Shown here piece after piece: positions 9,687-18,407 of a DNA stretch of 64,000 bases. The stretch's first letter is position 1. Each line of letters opens with the position of its first letter. Under the pieces are notes generated by a model. The model did no database searches and had not been told where the DNA came from. It saw only the letters and a list, made by a program, of their open reading frames with translations. Made by a program: the position numbers and the translations under genes. Source of the stretch: an uncultured Actinomycetes bacterium (lineage in GTDB: Bacteria; Actinomycetota; Coriobacteriia; Anaerosomatales; PHET01); NCBI GenBank assembly GCA_963702525.1, contig CAVPCY010000013.1:163965-227964 (forward strand). The letters run 5' to 3'.

Positions 9687-10664
9687 GTGCGGGTACTGGT
9701 CACGGGTGGAGCCGGCTACATAGGATCGATCACGGTGAGGCTTCTGCTCGAGCGCGGACACCAGGTGGTGGTTCTCGACACGCTCGAGAAGGGGTGGCGG
9801 GAGGCCGTCGATCCTCGCGCGGACCTGGTGATCGGGTCGGTGGGGGACGCGGAGTCGGTGGCGCAGGCGCTGCGCGACTGTGACGGCGTCGTGCACTTGG
9901 CCGGCTACATCGAGGTCGCCGAGTCTCAGGCCGACCCCGACAGGTACTTCCGCAACAACTCCAGAGCACCTCTCACGCTTCTCGAGGGCATGATGGAGCA
10001 CGACGTGAAGGCGCTCGTCTTCTCGTCGACGGCAGCGGTGTACGGGGAGCCAGAGTCGATCCCCATCACCGAGGACGCGCCGACCAAACCGCTCAACGCG
10101 TACGGGGAGAGCAAGCTCAGGTTCGAGCGGTCTATCGAGTCGTTTCGGGCGCGTGGCCTGCGGGCGACGGTCTTGCGCTACTTCAACGTCGCGGGTGCGT
10201 GGAGGGACGGGACGCTCGGCGAAGCTCACTCTCCCGAGACCCACATCGTTCCGCGCGTCTTGTGGGCGATGCGGGAGGGTCAGGACCGGTTCGACGTGTT
10301 CGGAGGCGACTATCCGACTCGCGACGGTACGTGCGTGCGCGACTACATTCACGTGCTGGACCTCGCGCAGGCTCACTTGCTCGCGCTGCAGCAGCTCGTT
10401 GGTGGGGCACGTGGCGGCGTGTACAACCTCGGGAACGGGACTGGCTACACCAACCTTCAGGTGGTTCGGATGTGCGCTCAGATGACCGGCCGAGAGGTCG
10501 AGGTTTCCATCGGACCCCGGCGGGCTGGTGATCCTGCGGTACTTGTAGCCTCGGCGAGCCGAGCCGAGCGCGAACTCGGCTGGAGACGCGAGTACCCGGA
10601 GCTGGGGACGATCATCGGCGACGCATGGCGCTGGCACCTTGCCCACCCGAATGGGTATCGGTAG
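9687..10664 (+). CDS. galE: UDP-glucose 4-epimerase
   Basis: MRVLVTGGAGYIGS..., SSTAAVYG, YGESK (YxxxK), DYIHVLDLAQAH. Confidence 0.85.
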   Translation: MRVLVTGGAGYIGSITVRLLLERGHQVVVLDTLEKGWREAVDPRADLVIGSVGDAESVAQALRDCDGVVHLAGYIEVAESQADPDRYFRNNSRAPLTLLEGMMEHDVKALVFSSTAAVYGEPESIPITEDAPTKPLNAYGESKLRFERSIESFRARGLRATVLRYFNVAGAWRDGTLGEAHSPETHIVPRVLWAMREGQDRFDVFGGDYPTRDGTCVRDYIHVLDLAQAHLLALQQLVGGARGGVYNLGNGTGYTNLQVVRMCAQMTGREVEVSIGPRRAGDPAVLVASASRAERELGWRREYPELGTIIGDAWRWHLAHPNGYR

Positions 10665-10696
10665 ACTGTGTGCTCGCCGCTCGCGAGCGGCTCAAC

Positions 10697-10771
10697 GGGC
10701 GATTAACTCAGCGGGAGAGTGCCACCTTCACACGGTGGAAGTCACTGGTTCAAATCCAGTATCGCCCACCA
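10697..10771 (+). tRNA. tRNA-Val (anticodon CAC), CCA encoded
   Basis: Hand-folded cloverleaf: GGGCGAT/TA/ACTC-AGCGGGA-GAGT/G/CCACC-TTCACAC-GGTGG/AAGTC/ACTGG-TTCAAAT-CCAGT/ATCGCCC/ACCA. Confidence 0.9.
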
Positions 10772-10811
10772 TTCGATTCTGACGAGGCCTCGGCGAAATC
10801 GCCGGGGCCTT
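10764..10811 (+). repeat. Direct repeat copy A: tRNA-Val 3' end plus hairpin
   Basis: GCCCACCAT-(11 nt)-GAGGCCTCGGCG-aaa-TCGCCGGGGCCTT. Confidence 0.7.
10785..10810 (+). terminator. Hairpin downstream of tRNA-Val (AGGCCTCGGCGA-aa-TCGCCGGGGCCT)
   Basis: 12-bp stem with one G-U pair, followed by tctggtt (weak U-tract). It is part of the repeated element listed next. Confidence 0.45.
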
Positions 10812-10946
10812 CTGGTTGCCCACGATGTGCACACAACCTGCACAGCGGGCATCATCTCTGGTAGGAGAAGCCAGGGGAGGATAGGCAACCGGGATTTGCT
10901 GCAGGAGGTACCTGCAATCGGGAAAGTCAGTGGGGGTGGGGGTTCG

Positions 10947-11966
10947 GTGGAAGAAGCTGTCGAGACAGGGTCGAGTGCGCACGCCGAGGGAGTTTCAGAC
11001 CCGGTCCGGACACTCGGGTTGAGCCATTTGATCGATGTGCCCGCAGTCCAGGCGCTGATGGACGACTTCCATGAGTTGACCGGTCTTCCGATGTCCCTGG
11101 TCGATTTGGAGGACAGGGTTCTGGTCGGCGTCGGCTGGCAAGACGTCTGCACGAAGTTCCATCGAGTGCACCCCGAGACTGCTGCGAACTGCAAAGAGAG
11201 CGACCTGGTCCTCACGCAGGGCGTGCAGTATGGGGAGTTCCGTGCCTACAAGTGCAAGAACGGCATGTGGGACATCGTGACCCCCGTGTTCGTGAGTGAC
11301 GTTCACGTCGGCAACGTCTTCGCCGGGCAGTTCTTCTACGACGACGAAGAACCCGACATGGCCCTCTTCGAGAAACAGGCCGAGAGGTACGGTTTCGACC
11401 GTGACGAGTACATGCGGGCTGTGCGTGACGTTCCGAGGCTCTCTCGGGCCAAGGTCGACACGCTGATGCGCTTCTACATACGACTGGCCGAGCAGATAGC
11501 GCAGGTGGGCTACTACAACGTCGTTCTCGCGCGGTCCATCGAGGAGCGCAAGCAGACTGAGACCGCATTGCGTGAGAGCGAGCGCAAGTTTCGCATCGTC
11601 GCGGACAACACCTATGACTGGGAGTTCTGGACTGACGCGCACCGACGGTTCCTCTACTGCTCGCCATCGTGCAAGCGTGTTACCGGACACGACGCCTCGG
11701 AGTTCATCGCGGACGACACGCTCCTGGAGAGGATCATCCACCCGGATGATCGGGCTGCGTGGGCGGCGCACAGTGTTGACGGTACGGGCTCTCTCACCTT
11801 CCGGGTCATTCGGGCTGACGGAACGGAGCGATGGATCGAGCACCTCTGTCAGGAGGTCTTCGCCGAGGATGGGGCCTCGCTAGGCAGGCGGGGCTCCAAT
11901 CGCGACATCACCGAGCACAAGCGGGATGAGCGGGCGCTCCGGGAAAGCCTCGAACAACACGGGTGA
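10947..11966 (+). CDS. PocR sensory domain + PAS domain protein with no recognisable output domain. Start uncertain: GTG 10947 or TTG 10896. The ORF-track start at 10719 overlaps the tRNA.
   Basis: PocR-like region LIDVPAVQALMDDFHELTGLPMSLVDLEDRVLVGVGWQDVCTKFHRVHPETAANCKESD...YKCKNGMWDIVTPVFV. A coiled coil follows, then PAS (FRIVADNTYDWEFWTD...IIHPDD...RVIRADGTERWIEH). The stop comes right after the PAS domain. Confidence 0.6.
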   Translation: MEEAVETGSSAHAEGVSDPVRTLGLSHLIDVPAVQALMDDFHELTGLPMSLVDLEDRVLVGVGWQDVCTKFHRVHPETAANCKESDLVLTQGVQYGEFRAYKCKNGMWDIVTPVFVSDVHVGNVFAGQFFYDDEEPDMALFEKQAERYGFDRDEYMRAVRDVPRLSRAKVDTLMRFYIRLAEQIAQVGYYNVVLARSIEERKQTETALRESERKFRIVADNTYDWEFWTDAHRRFLYCSPSCKRVTGHDASEFIADDTLLERIIHPDDRAAWAAHSVDGTGSLTFRVIRADGTERWIEHLCQEVFAEDGASLGRRGSNRDITEHKRDERALRESLEQHG

Positions 11967-12125
11967 GCGATGCCCGGAAGCATTTCCAGCTAGCACGCGG
12001 GATGGGTAGGAGTCCCGCTGAGAGATCCGAGCGGGCGGTAGATCTCTTCGTACGCACGCACTCGATCTTCTGGTGCTAGCGCACCATCAGGTGCTGTCAG
12101 TCCGAGTTCGAAGCGCACCACCATG

Positions 12126-12172
12126 GCCCACCATGAGAACTCAGGAGGCCTCGGCGGCATCGCCGGGGCCTT
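12126..12172 (+). repeat. Direct repeat copy B of the tRNA-Val 3' end plus hairpin
   Basis: GCCCACCAT-(10 nt)-GAGGCCTCGGCG-gca-TCGCCGGGGCCTT, compared by eye with copy A. Confidence 0.7.
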
Positions 12173-12311
12173 TCGCATCTTGCGCCTACGGCTGCCGGAT
12201 TCTAGTAAGCTCATGTGACGGCGTCGTCGGCCTGAAGACAACGCGTGCACCGATGGATCGGCTTTGCCTGTCGCTGTGAGGGGTCGGGTATTCAAGAACC
12301 GCGGAGGACCT

Positions 12312-13301
12312 ATGAGCACCGTCCTGACTCACCCCGACGCTTCGATCCGCGTCGAGGAGGACAACAAGAAGTACGTGATCTCGGTCGAACCACGCGACGG
12401 TCTCTTCGTGCCAACGAAGGAATGGGTCACCGACTACCCACTTGACCTCATCGAAGAAGTTCTTCGCGTGAAGGGGCCCGGCTCCCTCTGCGACGAGATA
12501 AGGCGAGACGAGGATCCGCGCTACGTACAGCACGATCTTCACTGGGACATCCTGAGCTACGCCGCAAGGGAAGACTTCGTCGGACGGCGCGTGCTTGACT
12601 TCGGCTCAGGGAGTGGGGCCTCGAGTATGGTTCTCGCCCGGATGTTCCCGGAGGCCAATATCGTGGGCGTCGAGCTAGTGCCTGAGTTCGTAGAGCTCGC
12701 CCAGCATCGGGCGAGATTCTACGGAGTGGAGAGCCGCGTAGGCTTCCAAGTCACGCCCGATTCGCACAGTCTGCCGCCAGAAATCGGCGAGTTTGACTAC
12801 ATCATGTTGTCGGCCGTGTTCGAGCACCTTCTTCCTAGTGAACGACATGGAATGCTTGCGCTTCTGTGGCCGCACTTGAAGCCGGGCGGCGTCATGTTCC
12901 TAGACCAGACTCCCTATCGCTGGTTCCCCATCGACCTGCACACAACCGGCTTGCCGCTGATCAACTACCTGCCTGATCGCCTGGCGCTCCACTACGCTCG
13001 CCGATTCTCACGGCGGGTGCGCTCCGATTCATCATGGTCTGAGCTATTGAGGAGGGGCATACGCGGCGGAACTGCGCGAGAGATCATGACGATCCTGAAT
13101 TGTGAGGGGGGAGAAGCCGAGCTGCTCGATCCCTCTCACCTTGGGGTCAAGGATCACATCGATCTCTGGTATCAGGTCTCAAGTAGCAGACAGAGGCCCT
13201 TGACGAAGAAGGTCATGATGTTTGGTTTCAGCGCAGTGAAGGCGGTGACGGGCGTGACGATGGTGCCGAGGCTCTCCCTTGCCATAAGGAAGGCGCACTA
13301 G
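12312..13301 (+). CDS. Class I SAM-dependent methyltransferase
   Basis: VLDFGSGSGASSMVLARMF...VGVEL (motif I), FDYIMLSAVFEHL, LKPGGVMFLD. The ATG at 12312 is preceded by GGAGGA. Confidence 0.7.
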   Translation: MSTVLTHPDASIRVEEDNKKYVISVEPRDGLFVPTKEWVTDYPLDLIEEVLRVKGPGSLCDEIRRDEDPRYVQHDLHWDILSYAAREDFVGRRVLDFGSGSGASSMVLARMFPEANIVGVELVPEFVELAQHRARFYGVESRVGFQVTPDSHSLPPEIGEFDYIMLSAVFEHLLPSERHGMLALLWPHLKPGGVMFLDQTPYRWFPIDLHTTGLPLINYLPDRLALHYARRFSRRVRSDSSWSELLRRGIRGGTAREIMTILNCEGGEAELLDPSHLGVKDHIDLWYQVSSSRQRPLTKKVMMFGFSAVKAVTGVTMVPRLSLAIRKAH

Positions 13302-13544
13302 ATCAGAGCACATCGACTCGATCGATGTGTCGCGTGCGCCGGGCCAGTCACACGACCGGAACGACAACGTCGACGATCGCTGGTGAGTAGGGTCTCTCGA
13401 CGGGGTTTCATCGACGCATGGCGCCGAGAGGGCCGAAGACCCGTCGAGTACGCGCCTGAAGAGCTGTTGGCAGGTACCGGGGTGGGCGGTGGCGCCGATG
13501 CTACGCTTGTCTGCGACCTGTCGTGGTGAACGAGCCGAGGTGCG

Positions 13545-14387
13545 ATGAACCGGTACGACGCCTACCGATCGGCCGAGCTCGCGGCGGTATACGACGCGGT
13601 CTACGCGAGCACCGACGACATTGCCTTCTGGGAGGCGACAGCCTCGACAGCGGTTGATGGCCCGATCCTCGAACTGGGCTGTGGGACCGGGCGCATCCTG
13701 CTTCCGCTCGCGCGAGCTGGCCACGAGGTCACCGGCCTCGACCTTTCGGCACACATGCTCGACTTCTGCCGCGCCAAGGTCCTCTCGGAGCCTCCCGAGG
13801 TTCGTGACCGTATGAGACTGCTTGAGGCGGACATGACCAGCTTCCGGTTGAGCGAGCGCTTCGCGTTGGTGTTCTGCGCCTTCGGAGGCTTCCACCATCT
13901 TCGGACCGTGGAGCAGCAACTTGCTTGTCTCGAGGCGGCGCGCGCTCACCTGCTGCCCGGAGGGATGCTCGTGCTCGACCTGATCAATCCGGATCCCGCT
14001 CCCGGATCGTCGCTGAGCGATTCGGAGACGGCCGGGCCGACCGATGACGAGACGACCGCAGAGGACCTCGCGTGGACTGACGGCAGGCGGGTGCGCGGTT
14101 GGGCGACCGTGGTCGAACAGCACCGTGCGATCCAGTGCAACGACTGCGAGGTCACCTACGAGATCACCGAGGCGGACGGCACCACGAGACGCCTATCCGA
14201 GACATTCCCGATGCGCTTTGTGTTTCGCTACGAGCTCGAGCACCTTCTCGCCCGTACGGGCTTCCGAATCGTGACGCTCTACGGTGACTACGACCGGTCG
14301 CCTTTCGTCGACGAGTCACTGGGGATGATCGTCGTCGCGCAACCGCAGCCCGGATTCTGCGCGACCGGTTCTCACTCCCCCGCGTAG
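13545..14387 (+). CDS. Class I SAM-dependent methyltransferase
   Basis: ILELGCGTGRILLPLARAGHEVTGLDLSAHML, LLPGGMLVLD. Confidence 0.7.
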   Translation: MNRYDAYRSAELAAVYDAVYASTDDIAFWEATASTAVDGPILELGCGTGRILLPLARAGHEVTGLDLSAHMLDFCRAKVLSEPPEVRDRMRLLEADMTSFRLSERFALVFCAFGGFHHLRTVEQQLACLEAARAHLLPGGMLVLDLINPDPAPGSSLSDSETAGPTDDETTAEDLAWTDGRRVRGWATVVEQHRAIQCNDCEVTYEITEADGTTRRLSETFPMRFVFRYELEHLLARTGFRIVTLYGDYDRSPFVDESLGMIVVAQPQPGFCATGSHSPA

Positions 14388-15725
14388 TACAGCATCTCTG
14401 CGTGCGAGGGGTGTACTGCCACGGCCTTGCCCAGCTGCTCGGCGGTCAGCCCGGTGCGCATACCCACGGTGACGGAGTAGATGATGTCGCTCGCCGACGG
14501 GCTCGGCCACCTGAGCCCCCAGCACCTCGCCGGACGACGCGTCACTCACGAGCTTCAGGAACCCGTCCGTCGCACCTTCGATGATCGCAGCACCTACTCC
14601 GTCCAGACCGATCCTGGTCACCTTCGGGTCGAGCCCGCGTTCCCGCGCGCTGGTCTCTGTGTGGCCGACGCTGGCAAGCTGCGGCACCGTGAAGCACGTG
14701 ACCGGCATCGCCGAGCAGTCGGGGTGCACGGGGACACCCTCATCGATCGACCGCCCGACGGTGCGGCCTTCGAGGTTCGCCACGGGGGTCTGCATCATCC
14801 CGCCAGCCGCGTCACCCACGGCCCAGATCCGCGGGTTAGTCGTTCGCAAGTACTCGTCTACCACCACGAGTCCCCGGTCGTCGGTTGCGACGGCTGCCGC
14901 CTCCGGCTCCAGCCCACATACGCACGGCCGCCGCCCGATCGCGAGGATCACGTTGGTCGCCTCGATCGACAGCGCTGCGCCGTTGTCACGCGAGCCGTGC
15001 AGCACGAGGGAGCCCGGCGCCCCCTGGATGCCGGTGACCGTGCACCCGGGGATGAACTCCACACCCAACCCGCTCAAGCACCTGACAGCGGTCTCGGCAA
15101 GATCTGGATCGAGCATCTCTAGAACGCGGTCCGGCCTGGTCACAACGGTCACACGGCTGCCGAACGACGCGTATATGCCCGCCATCTCCATTGCGATGAA
15201 GCCGCCTCCGACTATCGCCAGCGACTTCGGGATCTCGGGATAGCGCAGCGCGTCCTCGGACGTGTCGGCGAGTTCCGCTCCCGGGATCCCGGGCATCACC
15301 GGCTCCGAGCCGGTCGCGATGACGATGTGATCCGCCGAGTAGACCTCATCACCCACGGCTACCGCATCATCAGAGACGAAGCGCGCCTCACCGTGTACGA
15401 GCTCGATGCCGTACCCGGCGGCGAGTCCCTCTTGATCGCCGGCGAACGTCTCTTGGCAGTGCCATTTCCATGCGAGCACCGACTGCCAGTCGATCGAGCC
15501 GTTGCCGGCGACGATACCGAAGCGGTCGGCGTCTCGAAGGCCACGGGCCACCGAGGCGCACTGGTACAGGGCCTTCTTGGGGATGCACCCTCGCCACAGA
15601 CAGGTCCCTCCCCAGCGGTCGCGTTCGATCTGCACGACGTGCCATTCGCGCCGCGCGAGGTAGCGTGCGCACGCATTGCCGCTCGCACCCGATCCGACAA
15701 CGACTACCGTGCCTTTCTCGGCCAT
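14372..15725 (-). CDS. Class I pyridine nucleotide-disulfide oxidoreductase (dihydrolipoyl dehydrogenase / glutathione / mercuric reductase family); frameshift near 14505
   Basis: VVVVGSGASG, redox-active GGTCLWRGCIPKK, AIVGGGFIAMEMA, AVGDAAG. The true C-terminus, ...DIIYSVTVGMRTGLTAEQLGKAVAVHPSHAEMLYYAGE*, is found in another frame and ends at 14372. Confidence 0.75.
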
Positions 15726-15792
15726 GTGGGACCCCCGTACGTGGTGTCTGTCTCATGAGAAGATGCCCGAGCTGATGCTATGCTGAACGGCC

Positions 15793-17853
15793 GTGATACT
15801 CTCCCTCGACAACGTGACCAAGACCTTCGGCGAGCGCGTCCTGTTCAAGGACGTATGCATGCGCGTCGGCCGCTCGCGACCGGGTGGCGCTGGTAGGGCC
15901 CAACGGGTCGGGCAAGACCACGCTGCTCGAGATCATCGCGCGGCGCCAGGACGCCGATGAGGGCGGCGTCACCTTCGCCAAGGACGCCGTAGTGGGCTAC
16001 CTGGAGCAGGAGGCCATCGAGATGGGCGGGCGCAGCGTCTTGGACGAGGCGCTCACCGCCGCCGAGCACGTCACGTCGCTGCAGCACCGCATACACCTGC
16101 TCGAGGAGCAGATAGCCGAGGCCGACGAGGCGGATCACGCACCGCTTGCTCGCCGAGTACGGTCGCATCCGCGATCGCTTCGAGAGCATGGGTGGCTATA
16201 CCGTCGAAGCGGAGGCCCGAGCGGTACTGGGCGGGCTCGGCTTCAAGGAGAGCGACTTCGGGCGAGACGCAGACGAGTTCTCCGGGGGTTGGCAGATGAG
16301 GCTCGCACTGGCGAAGCTGCTGCTCACACACCCTGACGTGCTGCTCCTCGACGAACCGACGAACCACTTGGATCTGGAGAGCGTCACCTGGCTCGAGGGG
16401 TTCCTGAAGGCCTACGACGGCGCGATAGTGATCGTCAGCCACGACCGTGCCTTCATGGACGGCATCGTTGACCGAGTCGCCGAGATCGATCAGCGCAGCG
16501 TCACTCTCTACACCGGCAACTACGCGGCCTACGAGAAGGCCAGAGAGCTCTCGCTCGAGCAGCTCCGAACCAGGCACGACGCGCAGCTCAAAGAGATCGC
16601 ACACATGCAGGCGTTCGTCGACCGCTTCAGGTACAAGAACACGAAGGCGAAGGCGGCTCAGGACCGCATCCGGCGCATCGAGAAGATCAAGGCCGAACTC
16701 GTCGAGCTGCCCGAGGCCCGCAAGCGCGTTCGGTTCAACTTCCCCCAGCCGCCAAGGACCGGAGAGCTCGTCATCTCGCTCGACAAGGTGCGCAAGGCGT
16801 ATGGAGACCTCGTCGTCTACGACGGGCTCGACTTCTCGCTGTACCGAGGAGACAAGGTGGCGCTCGTAGGACCCAACGGTGCCGGGAAGTCGACGCTGTC
16901 TGAAGCTGCTCGCCGGCGTGCTCGAGTTCGAAGCGGGAGAGCGGAGACTGGGCACTCATGTCGAGACAGCGTACTTCGCCCAGCACCAGCTCCAGGCCCT
17001 CGGGCTGGGCAACACGGTCTTTCGCGAGATCGACGCCATCGCGCCGGGGTGGACGCAGGGCGAGGTCCGTGGGCTTCTCGGCGCGTTTCTGTTCCACGGC
17101 GACGACGTGGACAAGCAGGTGAGGGTGCTCTCGGGTGGTGAGAAGGGGAGGCTGGCGCTCGCGAAGATGCTGGTGAAGCCGGCGCCCTTCCTGTGCTTGG
17201 ACGAACCCACGAACCATCTGGACATCGCGTCGAGTGACGTGCTCGAACAAGCGCTCAAGCGCTTCGAGGGCACCATTGCGCTGATCACGCACGACCGCCA
17301 TCTCATACGTGCTGTGGCGAATAAGATCGTCGAAGTCGTCGACGGAAAGGCGACCCTGTACGACGGGGACTACGACTACTACCTGTGGAAACGGGAGCAG
17401 TCTCCCGGCGCAGACGGCACGGTGGTGTCTGTGAGCACCCCAGCGCCCGCACACCCGACGAGTTCGAGTCGCCGGGGCGTCGCGCCGCGACGGGTGCACA
17501 GTACTGCTGGGCACACGGTCATGGCCGAGCAAGGAGACCCCACCACTGCTGCCGGTCCGAAGACCAAGGGGCAGAAGCGGGCCGAAGCCGAAGCGCGCAA
17601 CAGCGCCTATCGGGCCACGAGGCTGACACGAGCGAGACTCGCGGAGGTGGAGGCCTCGCTGGAGACCGCCCAGGAGCGTCATGACGAACTGGTGGCTCAG
17701 ATGGCACAGCCCGATCTGTACTCAGACAACGATCGTTTCGAGGCTGCGCTGGGGGAGTACAACGAGCTGAAGCAGCGGCTCCCAGGCCTGGAGTCGGAGT
17801 GGCTCGCCCTGTGCGAGGAGATGGAGCAGCTCGAATCCGACTCGGGCTCGTGA
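15793..17853 (+). CDS. ABC-F family ATPase (Uup/YheS-like, two ABC domains plus C-terminal coiled coil); frameshifts near 15868, 16143 and 16898
   Basis: Fragments 15884.., 16146.. and 16879.. join as ...[17 protein letters not shown]...[15 protein letters not shown]...[11 protein letters not shown]...[20 protein letters not shown]...[15 protein letters not shown]...[10 protein letters not shown]... Confidence 0.85.
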
Positions 17854-17889
17854 CCCCCCTGAGCAGGACTTTGTAACACTCTGAACCCC

Positions 17890-17913
17890 ACTTTGTAACA
17901 ATGTTTACAAAGT
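17890..17913 (+). promoter_or_regulatory. Rex-like palindromic operator candidate upstream of nuoA (ACTTTGTAA-caatgt-TTACAAAGT), with an extra direct half-copy ACTTTGTAACA at 17868..17878
   Basis: Read directly. The core TTGTAACAATGTTTACAA matches 11 of the 14 specified positions of TTGTGAAnnnnTTCACAA. Confidence 0.45.
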
Positions 17914-17932
17914 TTCGGACTCTCTCTAGACT
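17904..17932 (+). promoter_or_regulatory. Candidate sigma-70-type nuo promoter TTTACA-17 nt-TAGACT
   Basis: Hexamers and spacing counted in the only AT-rich patch of the 190-nt gap before nuoA. The -35 hexamer lies inside the palindrome. Confidence 0.4.
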
Positions 17933-18041
17933 GGCGGCAGCCGCTGGCAGACCACAGGTTCGCACAGTGGCGACCTGCGGGACTGTCTAGCCGGCCTGAT
18001 GCGATATCCTGTCGCTCAGTGGACAGCTGCCAGGGGGTTGT

Positions 18042-18407
18042 ATGGAGGGGGCTTCCGCCCAAGCGCTGCTCTTCGTGCTCGGCCTCGTCATTTCGGCGAC
18101 GGCCTTCATCGGCATCGTGTTCGTTGCGAACACGCTTCTGTCCCCGCGCTCGCCGAGCGACGCGAAGAACTCACCGTACGAGTGTGGGATCGAGCAGGCT
18201 GGTCGGCCGTGGGCGGCTCAGCGCATGCGCTTCGCAACCGTCGCGATGCTTCTCGTGCTCTTCGATGCCGAAGCCGTGCTGCTGTTCGCTGTCGCGTCTC
18301 GACTTCGTGGGAGCTGGCTGGCTACCGTCGAAGTCGGCATCTTCGTGCTCTTCCTGGCTGCTGGTCTGGCGTATGCATGGCGTAAGGGGGCGCTGGAGTG
18401 GCGGTAG
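18042..18407 (+). CDS. nuoA: NADH-quinone oxidoreductase subunit A
   Basis: [39 protein letters not shown]. Confidence 0.9.
   Translation: MEGASAQALLFVLGLVISATAFIGIVFVANTLLSPRSPSDAKNSPYECGIEQAGRPWAAQRMRFATVAMLLVLFDAEAVLLFAVASRLRGSWLATVEVGIFVLFLAAGLAYAWRKGALEWR

Noticed and set aside
9660-10646. Long antisense or alternative-frame ORFs throughout the track (for example 9660..10646 -, 16071..16955 -, 18218..19423 -, 22602..23945 -, 24271..25299 -, 45176..46981 -, 48743..49948 -)
   Set aside because: They are Arg/Pro/Gly/His-rich low-complexity translations that lie opposite or out of frame to genes with clear family motifs. This is the typical stop-codon-poor shadow-ORF artefact of high-GC DNA.
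11990-12319. 109-aa minus-strand ORF in the PocR/methyltransferase spacer; considered as a possible integrase remnant or small protein
   Set aside because: It has no recognisable recombinase motifs. It is read straight through the duplicated tRNA 3'-end/hairpin repeat and overlaps the methyltransferase start. It is probably spurious.
13179-14123. 314-aa minus-strand ORF spanning the gap between the two methyltransferases
   Set aside because: Its composition is R/H/G-rich. It overlaps the end of one well-supported plus-strand methyltransferase and most of the other, and it has no recognisable motifs.
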